Shown in pieces: positions 28,429 to 38,238 of a DNA stretch of 64,000 bases. The stretch's first letter is position 1; the number at the start of each line of letters is the position of its first letter. The translations under genes were made by a program, and so were the position numbers. The DNA lies in sequence record PQ015378.1; one strand, 5' to 3'. The notes beneath the pieces were generated by a model. That model did no database searches. It saw nothing but the letters and a program-made list of their open reading frames with translations, and was not told the origin of the DNA.

Positions 28429-29031
28429 ATGCTAAATGTGCGAACGTACTTGCCGTCTATGGAAGACTACGACAGTCTCCCCGAAACGCTTACAGACGAC
28501 ATCACCATTGACGGGGATAACTCTTATGTCGCAGGCATTCCTGAAGAGCTGATCAAACCCGCCGAGAACACCACCGAATCCAATGAAGGTGACGGTGTAA
28601 TTAACGATGACAACCAAGCGATGAATGAAGAACGCGAGGAAGTCAAAGAATCGGAAGAGGACGGCTCTGAAGAAACCGAAGAGAACCAAGGGGATTCCGT
28701 AGAGGACAACCAAGGCGAAGCTGAGGAATCTGCAGACGAAGAGGGTGACACTGACTCTGAAGAGCTCCGTAAGAAAGAAGAGGAAGATGAGATTACCGAG
28801 GTGAACTACGCCATCGAATCCTATTCCCGCATTCTCAATAACGGTCCAGTTTCTATTCAAGCCGCAGCTTTCCTGGAGGTGGGTCTGTCCGCCTTAGAGA
28901 AGCGCCGTAACATCCAATCGGTGTCGGTGGAGTCCTTTGGGGCTGAGCCATTGACCCGCATGCAAACAATCGACATCGCCAATTACCTGCAACGTTGTGA
29001 ACGGATCACGAAATCGTTACCAATCTTGTAG
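28429..29031 (+). CDS. Acidic head-protein paralogue consisting almost entirely of propeptide
   Basis: YLPSMED start, D/E-rich tract, IESYSRIL...QAAAFL motif, SVES site about 30 aa from the end. Confidence 0.7.
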   Translation: MLNVRTYLPSMEDYDSLPETLTDDITIDGDNSYVAGIPEELIKPAENTTESNEGDGVINDDNQAMNEEREEVKESEEDGSEETEENQGDSVEDNQGEAEESADEEGDTDSEELRKKEEEDEITEVNYAIESYSRILNNGPVSIQAAAFLEVGLSALEKRRNIQSVSVESFGAEPLTRMQTIDIANYLQRCERITKSLPIL

Positions 29032-29055
29032 TAAACACCCCAAGGAAATCCTCTC

Positions 29056-31509
29056 ATGCTTAAGCTTTCGGCTTACCTCCCGTCGATGGAAGACCACGAC
29101 GAACTGCCATCCCCTCTGATGGATGGCGATGCTGTACCCGCGGCAGTACTCCCAGGCGATGACCTGGGTGAAGTAGCTGTCGTCCCTGAACTGGCACCAG
29201 AAGTCGCTGTGCCGGTTGAAGATGTCGTGGAACTCCCACCTCACCTGGACCCAACACCAATGGCTCCGCTGGAAGGTGAAGTCATCCAGGAAGAGATCAT
29301 CTCTGAACACCTGGACACCGAAGCAGGTCAACTGCTGGGTGCACAGATCGCGATGGAAGGCTATTCGAAGCTTCTGCGTTCCGCTGGCAAGAACATGACC
29401 CGTCAATCCGCAGCCTTCATGGCTGTAGGTATGCGCCGTGCCACTCGTCTGGTTCCGGGTCTGGCTCTGGGTATGGAAGACGAATCGTCTGGTACTCAGG
29501 TCATGGCAATGCAGCAAGCCAAGGTCGACGAAAAGGGCCTCGGTGCGAAGATCAAAGAAGCTGGTGCCAAGATCTGGGAATGGATCAAGGCCAAATTTGC
29601 ACGGTTCGCCGAATGGCTGAAATCCCTCGTGGCCAACAAAGAAAAGACGAAAGCTGAAACCGTCTATCTGATCGCTGCCACCAAGGCCGTCGAAACCGGC
29701 AACCCGGGCCCAGTGAAGAACCTGGAAGCACCACAGGGTGTGAAGGTTTCTCAAGTGCTCGACGCCATCCATGGTGAAGATGTACGTGCTCCGAAAGCGG
29801 GTAAGACTGTCAAGCTTCCCGCCAAGTTCGCTCCTTTCCTCACGAAAGATGGCAAGCTGGATCTGAACCTGGCTGTTGAAAACGAAGTTCGTTCCAAGAT
29901 CCTGCACGACTACCTTCGTGACGGTACCGCGTTTGTACGCGGTATCATTGATATCTTCAAGTCGGCAACCAAAGACATCTCGGCTGAAGAAGTTGGCGAC
30001 CGGATGTCCGACCTCAAGAAGAAACATCTCGGTGGTAAGGCTGGCAAGTGGGAACTCCACGGTATGACAGTCACTCTGTCCGATGACGGCACCATGACTG
30101 CAGAAGAAACTTCGGTCGAAGGTGAAGTTGAAGTACAGGTTCCTTCCCCACAAGAGATCCGTCGCTACCTGGAAGATGTCAACAAGGTACTGAACTCTGA
30201 CGACGATGCTGGGATCAAGATCGCTGAAGAATTCAACAAGGCCGGTGAGGACATGATGCGCCTGGAAGGTGTACCAGCGGATCAGATTCCAAAGGAGAAC
30301 ATGCGTGCAATCGAACAGGCAATCGGTAAGGTAATGAACGGTCAGAGTTTTGACTCGGTCATTATCAAGATTGGTCGTCATCTGGACAAGATGGCAACTG
30401 TTGCGACTAAAGCTGCCGATTTCTTCCTGGCATCGCTGCTGGGTAAAGGTAACACCATCTCGCAAGAAGACTTCGAACGTCTGCCTTCGAAAGGTCTGGC
30501 TGTGATTCCACAAGGTCCAGGTCCAAGCCGCTTCCAACGTGGCGTAACCATGGCGAAAGAAGCCTGGCGAAAACTGCGTGAGTTCTTCCAGCGTCTGTGG
30601 GATCAGTTCTCTGCATGGTGCCAGAAGCTGTGGGCGAAGATCCGTGGTACCGAAGCAGACACCGACGTTCTGTTGCTGACCAACGACGCCGCACCTGATG
30701 AAGCTGGTGGCGCTCCAGGGCAGATCCCTCAGCTGCCAACTGGCACCCGCATGAAGTCGGTACAAGCCGTTCGCCTGCTCGGTGGTCCAGCAGCTGCTCC
30801 TGGCGAAACCCCTGCTGCAGTATCAGAAGAACCGTCGGTCATCATTCCTCCAGCTCCACCTGCTGGCGTACCTGCTGGTAGCATCCAGGTTCCTGAAGCT
30901 CTGGAGATCATGGTCGGTAACGGCATAGAAGCTGAGCCGGTATGGGAAGAAACCATGCTGAACTGGCTGCTGCGCCATTACATCCCAACCCAAGAGAAGA
31001 TCGTTCGTGATCTGACTTCGTGGGCGGGTACCTCGAACTTCGACGGGGGTATCATGGAGTGGAGCGGTCTGGTGGAGAACGCTACCGAACAACTGTGGAA
31101 AGGTATGCCTACAGACAACGTCCCAGGTCAACGTACCATTGCCCCAGGCAAAGGCTGCAAGATCCAAGTCCGTCAGGAAGGGATGATGGGTGAAGCTCCG
31201 GTCGTCAAGATCCTGAAGCGTCGTCAGATCGACCAGGCTCTGAGCCGTCAGAAGAAACTGCTGAAAGGTATCGCTGGCATCGAGAAGTTCCGTATCGCTG
31301 CCGAACGTCAGCGCGCTTCGCTGAACGCAATCCTCGACAAGCGTGTTGCCGCTGGTGCTGAAGAAAGTGCTGTTACCCAGTTCTACAACAACCTGGAACA
31401 GAACATCATCCAGTCCAGCGCCGCTGTTGTTGCCGGTGTCATCACCAAGATGTGTGACGCGCGTAACGCTGTGTTCGATGCAATGATCGCTGCTCGTGCT
31501 CGTAAATAA
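29056..31509 (+). CDS. Head paralogue with two processed modules
   Basis: YLPSMED start; LGMED...KIWEWIK and ISQED...KEAWRKLREFFQRLW. Confidence 0.75.
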   Translation: MLKLSAYLPSMEDHDELPSPLMDGDAVPAAVLPGDDLGEVAVVPELAPEVAVPVEDVVELPPHLDPTPMAPLEGEVIQEEIISEHLDTEAGQLLGAQIAMEGYSKLLRSAGKNMTRQSAAFMAVGMRRATRLVPGLALGMEDESSGTQVMAMQQAKVDEKGLGAKIKEAGAKIWEWIKAKFARFAEWLKSLVANKEKTKAETVYLIAATKAVETGNPGPVKNLEAPQGVKVSQVLDAIHGEDVRAPKAGKTVKLPAKFAPFLTKDGKLDLNLAVENEVRSKILHDYLRDGTAFVRGIIDIFKSATKDISAEEVGDRMSDLKKKHLGGKAGKWELHGMTVTLSDDGTMTAEETSVEGEVEVQVPSPQEIRRYLEDVNKVLNSDDDAGIKIAEEFNKAGEDMMRLEGVPADQIPKENMRAIEQAIGKVMNGQSFDSVIIKIGRHLDKMATVATKAADFFLASLLGKGNTISQEDFERLPSKGLAVIPQGPGPSRFQRGVTMAKEAWRKLREFFQRLWDQFSAWCQKLWAKIRGTEADTDVLLLTNDAAPDEAGGAPGQIPQLPTGTRMKSVQAVRLLGGPAAAPGETPAAVSEEPSVIIPPAPPAGVPAGSIQVPEALEIMVGNGIEAEPVWEETMLNWLLRHYIPTQEKIVRDLTSWAGTSNFDGGIMEWSGLVENATEQLWKGMPTDNVPGQRTIAPGKGCKIQVRQEGMMGEAPVVKILKRRQIDQALSRQKKLLKGIAGIEKFRIAAERQRASLNAILDKRVAAGAEESAVTQFYNNLEQNIIQSSAAVVAGVITKMCDARNAVFDAMIAARARK

Positions 31510-31512
31510 ATA

Positions 31513-31539
31513 GCGGGAGGCTTCGGCCTCCCTTTATTT
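31513..31539 (+). terminator. Intrinsic terminator
   Basis: GGGAGGC-TTCG-GCCTCCC-TTTATTT directly after the stop. Confidence 0.75.
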
Positions 31540-31599
31540 CGAAATACCAATGCTATGTTAATTGCAATTGACTAGCTTATCGCTCACCGAGGAATCCTC

Positions 31600-33093
31600 A
31601 TGAAATTTTCCAAACTGATGGCAGCTCTCGAAGACTTCGAAGAAACGCCTATCCCAGAATCCGTAGCTGCTGTCGCCGAAGGTGACACAGTAGATCCACA
31701 ACCGATCGGTGGCGCTGATGCCCCGGTTAACGAACCAGCTACCATCCCTGATGCTGGCGAAGTTCCTCTGGCTGTTCCAGAAGTTTCCCCACTGCCAACC
31801 ATCGACGAACCAGTTGTTGCTGAAACTCCAGTCGTCGTGCCCGCCGCCGTAGAGGGTGAAGGTGAAGTCATCGCCCAAGAGCTCCCTGTGGAAGCTCAAG
31901 GTGAACTGATCATCGACTCTCCGATGGATCACGACAATACCATGGCCATGATGGACGGTGCTCTGGTTCAAGAAACCGCACTGGCCAACGACCTGGGTGA
32001 GATCGTTGAAACTCACGCTGCTCTGGAAGCGTACTGCAACCTGCTGAAACAAGCTGGTCGTGACGGCATCACCCGTCAAGCTGCTGGCTTCTTGCGTGTA
32101 GGCCTGGAACAGTTCCACAATGACGGCCACATCGACTTCTCGAAGCAGATCGCTTCTCTGGAAGACATGGGTGACGGTCCGAAACAACACCTGCTGCCTG
32201 GTAAGGTAGACGAGAAAGGTCTGGGGGCCAAGCTGAAAGAAGCTGCTGGCAAGATCTGGGAATGGCTGAAGAAGACCTGGGGCAAAGCGAAGGAGTTCGT
32301 CAACAACCTGCGTAACGGAGTTGTCGGTCTGGAGCGTAAGCTGAAGAAGGCTTCCGAAGTAGCTGGCAAGACCAAAGGTTCTGCTGGTGAGTTCACTGTT
32401 CCGCACCCTGGCCGTATCGCTATCGGTAACAAGGTCGAGATCAACGTACCTGATGAACTGAAAGCAGTTACTGCGATGGCCTGTAAGGTCTATCCAGAGC
32501 GCATGACTCAGTTCTACAACGGTATCGCTTCTGCTCTGAGCAACTACAACCCAGCTTCCAGTGATGGCGCTGATGTGATGGCTGCCCTGGAGAAAGCCAA
32601 AGACGTACTGGCTGATGTGAAAGCTTCCGAAGCTGTCCTGCCTGGTAACGTCAAGATTGACGTATCCGAGTCCGGTGTCTCTTACGGCATCACCGAAGCT
32701 GAATCGGCCGATGTCGGTGAAACCAAAGCCCAAGCCCGTGCTGGTTCTGTGATCCAGGCGCAGCTGAAAGACATGTTCACCATCTGCGAGAACCTGAAGG
32801 CATACGTTCAGAAACACGAGCAAATGTCGAAGGCGGCAGAGTCCGTTGGTCAAGGTCTGGAGAAGCTGAAGAAAGCTGCCTCCGGCGAAGGCATGGAAGA
32901 CGGTGCCGCTTCTAAGGCTGGTGAGATCGAAACAGCCGTCGGCAAATTGCTTCACCAAGCAAACCCACGCGGTAACGAAATCGTTCGTTACCTGGCTCGT
33001 ACCACTTCGGCCTACGCCGATGTCATCTTCAAAGAACTGAAGGTGGAAGGTAGTGGCGAAGCCAGCGCCTCGAAAGAAGTCGCAACAGCTTAA
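31600..33093 (+). CDS. Head/inner-body paralogue
   Basis: AALED start, Pro/acidic propeptide, LEAYCNLL...ITRQAAGF motif, ASLED...KIWEWLKK. Confidence 0.75.
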   Translation: MKFSKLMAALEDFEETPIPESVAAVAEGDTVDPQPIGGADAPVNEPATIPDAGEVPLAVPEVSPLPTIDEPVVAETPVVVPAAVEGEGEVIAQELPVEAQGELIIDSPMDHDNTMAMMDGALVQETALANDLGEIVETHAALEAYCNLLKQAGRDGITRQAAGFLRVGLEQFHNDGHIDFSKQIASLEDMGDGPKQHLLPGKVDEKGLGAKLKEAAGKIWEWLKKTWGKAKEFVNNLRNGVVGLERKLKKASEVAGKTKGSAGEFTVPHPGRIAIGNKVEINVPDELKAVTAMACKVYPERMTQFYNGIASALSNYNPASSDGADVMAALEKAKDVLADVKASEAVLPGNVKIDVSESGVSYGITEAESADVGETKAQARAGSVIQAQLKDMFTICENLKAYVQKHEQMSKAAESVGQGLEKLKKAASGEGMEDGAASKAGEIETAVGKLLHQANPRGNEIVRYLARTTSAYADVIFKELKVEGSGEASASKEVATA

Positions 33094-33095
33094 GG

Positions 33096-33124
33096 CATAG
33101 GCGGGGCTCAGGCCCCGCTTTATG
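33096..33124 (+). terminator. CATA-hairpin-TTTATG element
   Basis: GCGGGGC-TCAG-GCCCCGC stem. Confidence 0.7.
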
Positions 33125-33136
33125 TTAGGAGGACAG

Positions 33137-34297
33137 ATGGACATCAAAGAACGTCTGGAACGCTTACGTGCCCGTCGAGACCCAGAGAACAAAGAAGACT
33201 GGGACAAGATGGTTGAACAAGCGATCCCAAACAACAACGAAGACCTAGCGCGATTGATCGAACTACTGGGTACAGCCGATGCTGACCAGCTGGAAGAGAC
33301 AGTCGAGCTAATTGGCGGTATGGAACATTACCGACCATATGAGCACATTACTGACCAAGCCTTCTTCTTCACGGGGATGGAATCGGTGAGTGATGGTATC
33401 GTCCGCATCTTCGATCGGATTATCGCATTTATCAAACGGTGGATTAAAGTCCTGGCTGACGCCGACTTTAAGTTATCTCTAATGACAGGCTTGCACCAAA
33501 CGACATTAGAGAATATCCGTACGGAAATGCGCACTACCGCTCGAACTCGAAAAGGCTCCCCTACCTTCCCAGTATCTACTCGGATCGAAGGGATCTCCCT
33601 CAACTATAAGCCGTTGACCAACTCACAAGCCTTACTCAATGCACTCACCGTGTTGCGTACTGTAACCGAGCTGTACTTCAGTACTCATGACGGTTCTATC
33701 CTGAGACAGGTCAACCAAGTGGTAGCCGCTGTTAATGGCAAAGCAAACCATCGGCGTGTTGCTGAACTAATGAATGAGGTCTCTCCGAAACGTTTGTCGG
33801 AAAGCTCGATCATGAAACTCGACCAACTGCAATCGATCAGTCCTCACTTGCTGGGGAACCATCGATTTGTGGTCACCAACGAAGACGCCCACAGTTCTGA
33901 CAAAGCAGACCAGATCCATGGTATCCGGATTAAAATGGAACGCAGTCAGTTGACCAACACAAACCCTGTGGACGTAGTGCAGTTCGAACACTTCGACGTT
34001 CAGATGGCTGAGGCCTTACTGACCAAGTGCGATAGTGTCCTGACCATCCTGTCGGCGTCAAACACCGGCGAACGGCGACACGGTCGTCGTCAAGGTATGC
34101 AAGCATTGCTGGCATGCATTGAACGGATTCGTGCTGAATCTGACCGTGGAGCTATGGACGAAACTGAAGCTCGCATGATCATTGCCCTGTTGGAATCCTA
34201 CACCGCTTGGATCGCTGATCCGTACACCTCGTTATATGCTTACATGTTGCGGACAGTGAAAGCCACCCTAAACGTAGTGGCTGCCAACTTCGCGTAA
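33137..34297 (+). CDS. Head protein paralogue
   Basis: GGMEH and TGMES sites, then RIFDRIIAFIKRWIK helix. Confidence 0.7.
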   Translation: MDIKERLERLRARRDPENKEDWDKMVEQAIPNNNEDLARLIELLGTADADQLEETVELIGGMEHYRPYEHITDQAFFFTGMESVSDGIVRIFDRIIAFIKRWIKVLADADFKLSLMTGLHQTTLENIRTEMRTTARTRKGSPTFPVSTRIEGISLNYKPLTNSQALLNALTVLRTVTELYFSTHDGSILRQVNQVVAAVNGKANHRRVAELMNEVSPKRLSESSIMKLDQLQSISPHLLGNHRFVVTNEDAHSSDKADQIHGIRIKMERSQLTNTNPVDVVQFEHFDVQMAEALLTKCDSVLTILSASNTGERRHGRRQGMQALLACIERIRAESDRGAMDETEARMIIALLESYTAWIADPYTSLYAYMLRTVKATLNVVAANFA

Positions 34298-34399
34298 TCC
34301 TACGCAATCTTGTGAAACGACGTTTCGTCCAAAATTGTCGGGCTGTGCCATGGACGAACGGCATAGCCAAACTGTTTAACCCTGTACAGGTAACAATCA

Positions 34400-36544
34400 A
34401 TGAATATCATGTCCTACCTCACATCGCCAGCGTTCGAAGAATTCGCTGACGCTCCTGTTGGTACTGATCAACTGGCACACAACTCGGGTGCTCCTGGTGC
34501 AGAAGTACCGGGTGCTGCTCCTGTTGCAGATGCCCCAAGCGACAACCTGGAAATCCCTGAGTCGGCTGGTCCTGCTCTGATCGCAACTGCTGACGAAGCA
34601 CAAGCTGCTGCCATCGTTGATGATCCGGGGCATGCCGAAGCAGAACAAGCTGCACAAGCAGCTACCGCTGAAAACACTGCTGTAATCGAACAAGCTGAAG
34701 TTGCCCCAGGTGAAACCCCTGCCGGTGATGCCGCAGCTGCTGACACTGTTGCCGATGTTCCTGCGGATACCGGCGACGTAACTGAAGAAGGTACTGGTGA
34801 TGTTTCCGAAGGCGAAGCTGCTACTGGCGACGATGGTCTTGGCGACGAAGGCGGCAGTGATGCTGACGCTGGCGGCGAGCTGGGCGATGATGCTGGTGGC
34901 GACACTGGTGCTGACGATCTCGGCGAACTGGGTGGTGACGAAGCTGCTGGTGACGCCAGTGCAGAAGATGGTCTCGGTGATGACTCGGCTGGTGAAGCCG
35001 AAGTAGCTGAAACCGAAGGTGCTGAAGAAGACGGCCTGGGTGAAGAAACCGGCGCCGAGGAAGGTGGTGAAGATGGACTGGACGACGCCGCTGGTGGTGA
35101 CACCGAAACCGGAGAAGCCGAAGCCGACTTTAATGACGGCGAAGCTGAAGGTACGGGCGAAGCCGAAGAAGAAGGCGGTGAAGAAAGCGAAACCGAAAGC
35201 GAAGAGTCCGGTGAAGAAGAAGGCGAAGCCGAAGGTGAAGAAGGCGACGCAGAAGCCGATGCCGATTCAGATGAAGGCGACGGGCCTGACATCGATATTC
35301 CAGACGTAGACACTGAAGCCGACGAAGAAGACGCTGCCGAAGCGGAAGAAGCTGCTGATGAAGCAGTGGCTGAAGACGAAGCACTGGAAGAAGAGATCGT
35401 TGACACTTCCAAGTCGATCGACGAACTGGATGCTGATAAAGCTTCCGTCGAGAACTACATCGGTGCTCTGACTCTGGGTTGCCAGCGCAAGTCGTATAAC
35501 GTACAGACTGTCGGCCTGGCCCAAGCTGAACTCCAACGTCTGGCCAAGAAGTGGGGTCAACATGCTCCGCTGATTCCAGCACTGGAAGACTACACCGCCC
35601 GTAACCTGGATGCTTACTACACCAACTCGTTGGAGTCGTTCTCTGGCTTCCTGAAGAAGATCGTTCACGTACGCGATAAGTTCCTGGATAACTTCGCGCA
35701 GAAAATGAACGACAAGATCCATCTCAAGGCTGTTGAAACTCAGATCGCTGCAATCAACACTGCATGCGACGTGCAGATCAACCGCATGAAGGATCTCCAG
35801 CTGGAAGGCAAGGTATCCATCACTGTTCCTGCACCACTGCGTAGTTCGAGTGGCCTGATCAAAGGCGTTACCGACGAACTGAAGTTCCTGGGCGAAATGG
35901 CTGGTGTGTTCGAGCACGACCGTAAGTTCCTGGACGGCATGTCGAAGCTCCTGGGTGCTGCCATCAAAGAAGGCGACGCTACCAAGTCGACTGCAACTAT
36001 CCAGAAAGCACTGAAACTGGCTCTGCCGGTCAAGTCCTACCCTGCAACCGTCTTCACTGATGGTCCTCTGGGTGGTCTGCATCTGGAGCGTTCGGAGAAG
36101 AAAGCTACCGGTTCGATGGTAGAAGACATGAAGTCGCTGGGTGAGCGTGCGATCCCAACCGCTTCCTTCGACCGCACTGGTGGTTCGAGTGAAGGCGCTG
36201 CCAAAGCTGAAGTCAGCAAGGCTGACCTGATCAAGATGCTGAAACTGGCAAAAGTCCTGATCGGTCTGAGCCGTGGTACTGCAGGTGCTGCTGGTAAAGC
36301 ACTGGTCGAGCACATCGATGGCGCAAACCGTGCCAAGTCGGAACGTAACCAGTCGGAAGACAAAGGTGGCGAGAAGGCTGACCGCAAAGACAACGACAAA
36401 GCCATGAACAACATGGTGAGTTCGTTCCTCGATGCAATCTGGAACAGCTCGGATAACTATTCGAACTTCCAGTGGCACATCATCCTGATCGCCGACAACC
36501 TGGTCCACTGTGTCCAGAAAGTCAAAGGTGCGAAGAAGGACTAA
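34400..36544 (+). CDS. Inner-body head protein with very long acidic propeptide (gp97-like)
   Basis: About 340 aa of D/E/G/A-rich sequence, PALED and SLES sites, then a folded helical domain. Confidence 0.75.
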   Translation: MNIMSYLTSPAFEEFADAPVGTDQLAHNSGAPGAEVPGAAPVADAPSDNLEIPESAGPALIATADEAQAAAIVDDPGHAEAEQAAQAATAENTAVIEQAEVAPGETPAGDAAAADTVADVPADTGDVTEEGTGDVSEGEAATGDDGLGDEGGSDADAGGELGDDAGGDTGADDLGELGGDEAAGDASAEDGLGDDSAGEAEVAETEGAEEDGLGEETGAEEGGEDGLDDAAGGDTETGEAEADFNDGEAEGTGEAEEEGGEESETESEESGEEEGEAEGEEGDAEADADSDEGDGPDIDIPDVDTEADEEDAAEAEEAADEAVAEDEALEEEIVDTSKSIDELDADKASVENYIGALTLGCQRKSYNVQTVGLAQAELQRLAKKWGQHAPLIPALEDYTARNLDAYYTNSLESFSGFLKKIVHVRDKFLDNFAQKMNDKIHLKAVETQIAAINTACDVQINRMKDLQLEGKVSITVPAPLRSSSGLIKGVTDELKFLGEMAGVFEHDRKFLDGMSKLLGAAIKEGDATKSTATIQKALKLALPVKSYPATVFTDGPLGGLHLERSEKKATGSMVEDMKSLGERAIPTASFDRTGGSSEGAAKAEVSKADLIKMLKLAKVLIGLSRGTAGAAGKALVEHIDGANRAKSERNQSEDKGGEKADRKDNDKAMNNMVSSFLDAIWNSSDNYSNFQWHIILIADNLVHCVQKVKGAKKD

Positions 36545-36574
36545 CATAAAGGCAGCCTTCGGGCTGCCTTTATG
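36545..36574 (+). terminator. CATAAA-hairpin-TTTATG element
   Basis: Perfect inverted repeat CATAAAGGCAGCC-TTCG-GGCTGCCTTTATG. Confidence 0.8.
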
Positions 36575-36612
36575 CCGGATCTTATGAATTCAAAAACTAA
36601 CGAGGAACTACC

Positions 36613-38238
36613 ATGCCTCACGCATTAATGGTTCTACCTGATACATACGCGTCGGTAATTCGTCGAGTAGCGGTAGACTTAACAGAACAACTGACCAAGA
36701 TCATTCAGATCCCTGCACACACTGAAGTGTACCTGCCGGGTAACTCGGAGAAGATCCCTCTGGATGATGGCGCGTTTGGCGAATGCTGCGCTACTGTAAT
36801 CAAGTACGATCCAGAAGCGCGGATGGTTATCCGTTATCAGGATATCGCTGATGACAACTTCTCGTTGCCTACTGCCGTCAACACATTCAAGAACATGCCG
36901 ATCTGGGAAGACCCCATTCGGGATATTCAAGTTTGCCCTGTTCGCCGGATGCTCGACTTCCGTGTGGATATCGAGTACAAGGCTGAAGGTATCGTTACTG
37001 CCAAACGCTGGCTAGATGAACAACGAGCGCGCGTGTCCCGTGGCGGTGCAGAGCTGACTCTGAAGCTCGACTACTATTACATGTTACCTCGTCCACTCCA
37101 AGCATTGTTGCGTGGTATGTACGACACGATCCAATGCTCGGACTGGCCTATCGACGATACGTTCGATGAGTACCTGAACAAATACTTCTGGCAATCGAAC
37201 ACACACGTTGCGACACTGACGATGCAGCACGAACAACCGGCCATCAGAGAGCGTCAGCTCGATTGTGTGGGTTGGTTTGACTTTACGGGCACGCCAGATA
37301 CACCAGCGGCCAACTCGTCTAAGGACGGCTCGTACGACGTCTCCGTGACCTTCACTATTCGCTTCGAACAACCCACCCACATCTACATCCGTTATCCACT
37401 GGTCTGTCACCAGAACACCATCCCGAATTGCTTCTGGCCGAAAGAACAACCGGCTAAGTACCAACAGCTGAATCGGAAGACTGGTTATCTGCGCGGCCCT
37501 CTGGAGAATCGATTCACACGGGTTACTCCCCGACACGTTCCTTACATCCAGTATCCTAAAGTCAATGACTGGGATACCGACTCCAAGCCTTACGATGCAT
37601 TCACGTTCTATACTGGACTGGTGACAATCGAGAAGGATGATCGTCGAACACTACTGGATCTTCGGGACATCGGGGACTGGGAATTCACAGGGCACTTCCT
37701 GGAGTACTTCTCCAGCTTAGGTACCAAGTGTATCAAGCGACCTGGAGGCTTGTTCAACTTCCGCCTCTACAAGAACAACGAGTGGATGGATCTACAACTC
37801 GAACTGGAACCAGGAACAACGATCTTGAAGGCTCCTTTCGATCTGGACCCAACCAAGTACTACCACATCCAGTGCAGTATCGACCGTAACTGGTGGGCGG
37901 TGCATGATGAAACATGGAACTGTCTCAAGCGGTATCCGACTGTGTTCTGGACGATGTGCAACCTGTTCAACGTATCAGTGGGTCGCCGTCCTATTGACGA
38001 TATGGAACTGCTGGGTGTCAAACTCAAAGAGCGCCCCTATGTAGAGGGCTGTCCAGGGGAAGGCACAACCGAGTTCACTAAAGACTTGCTGGTGTTCAAC
38101 ACTGGGGAAGTCAAGCAAGCGGACATTACCGCTGCTCGTCGTGAAATGGAAACTCGGACTGGTCCGTGGTTCAAAGGTAATCGTGACGGTATCATGACCG
38201 TGCTATGTGCTGACGTAGTTGCAGCGAGGAAAGAATAA
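36613..38238 (+). CDS. Virion structural protein (gp98-like)
   Basis: 541 aa; synteny. Confidence 0.7.
   Translation: MPHALMVLPDTYASVIRRVAVDLTEQLTKIIQIPAHTEVYLPGNSEKIPLDDGAFGECCATVIKYDPEARMVIRYQDIADDNFSLPTAVNTFKNMPIWEDPIRDIQVCPVRRMLDFRVDIEYKAEGIVTAKRWLDEQRARVSRGGAELTLKLDYYYMLPRPLQALLRGMYDTIQCSDWPIDDTFDEYLNKYFWQSNTHVATLTMQHEQPAIRERQLDCVGWFDFTGTPDTPAANSSKDGSYDVSVTFTIRFEQPTHIYIRYPLVCHQNTIPNCFWPKEQPAKYQQLNRKTGYLRGPLENRFTRVTPRHVPYIQYPKVNDWDTDSKPYDAFTFYTGLVTIEKDDRRTLLDLRDIGDWEFTGHFLEYFSSLGTKCIKRPGGLFNFRLYKNNEWMDLQLELEPGTTILKAPFDLDPTKYYHIQCSIDRNWWAVHDETWNCLKRYPTVFWTMCNLFNVSVGRRPIDDMELLGVKLKERPYVEGCPGEGTTEFTKDLLVFNTGEVKQADITAARREMETRTGPWFKGNRDGIMTVLCADVVAARKE

Noticed and set aside
34300-34380. GGACGAAAC on the minus strand suggesting a hammerhead ribozyme
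   Set aside because: No CUGAxGA core in the required position.
34468-35412. Ser/Ala/Pro-rich 314-aa minus-strand ORF
   Set aside because: Mirror translation of the E/D/G/A low-complexity propeptide on the plus strand.
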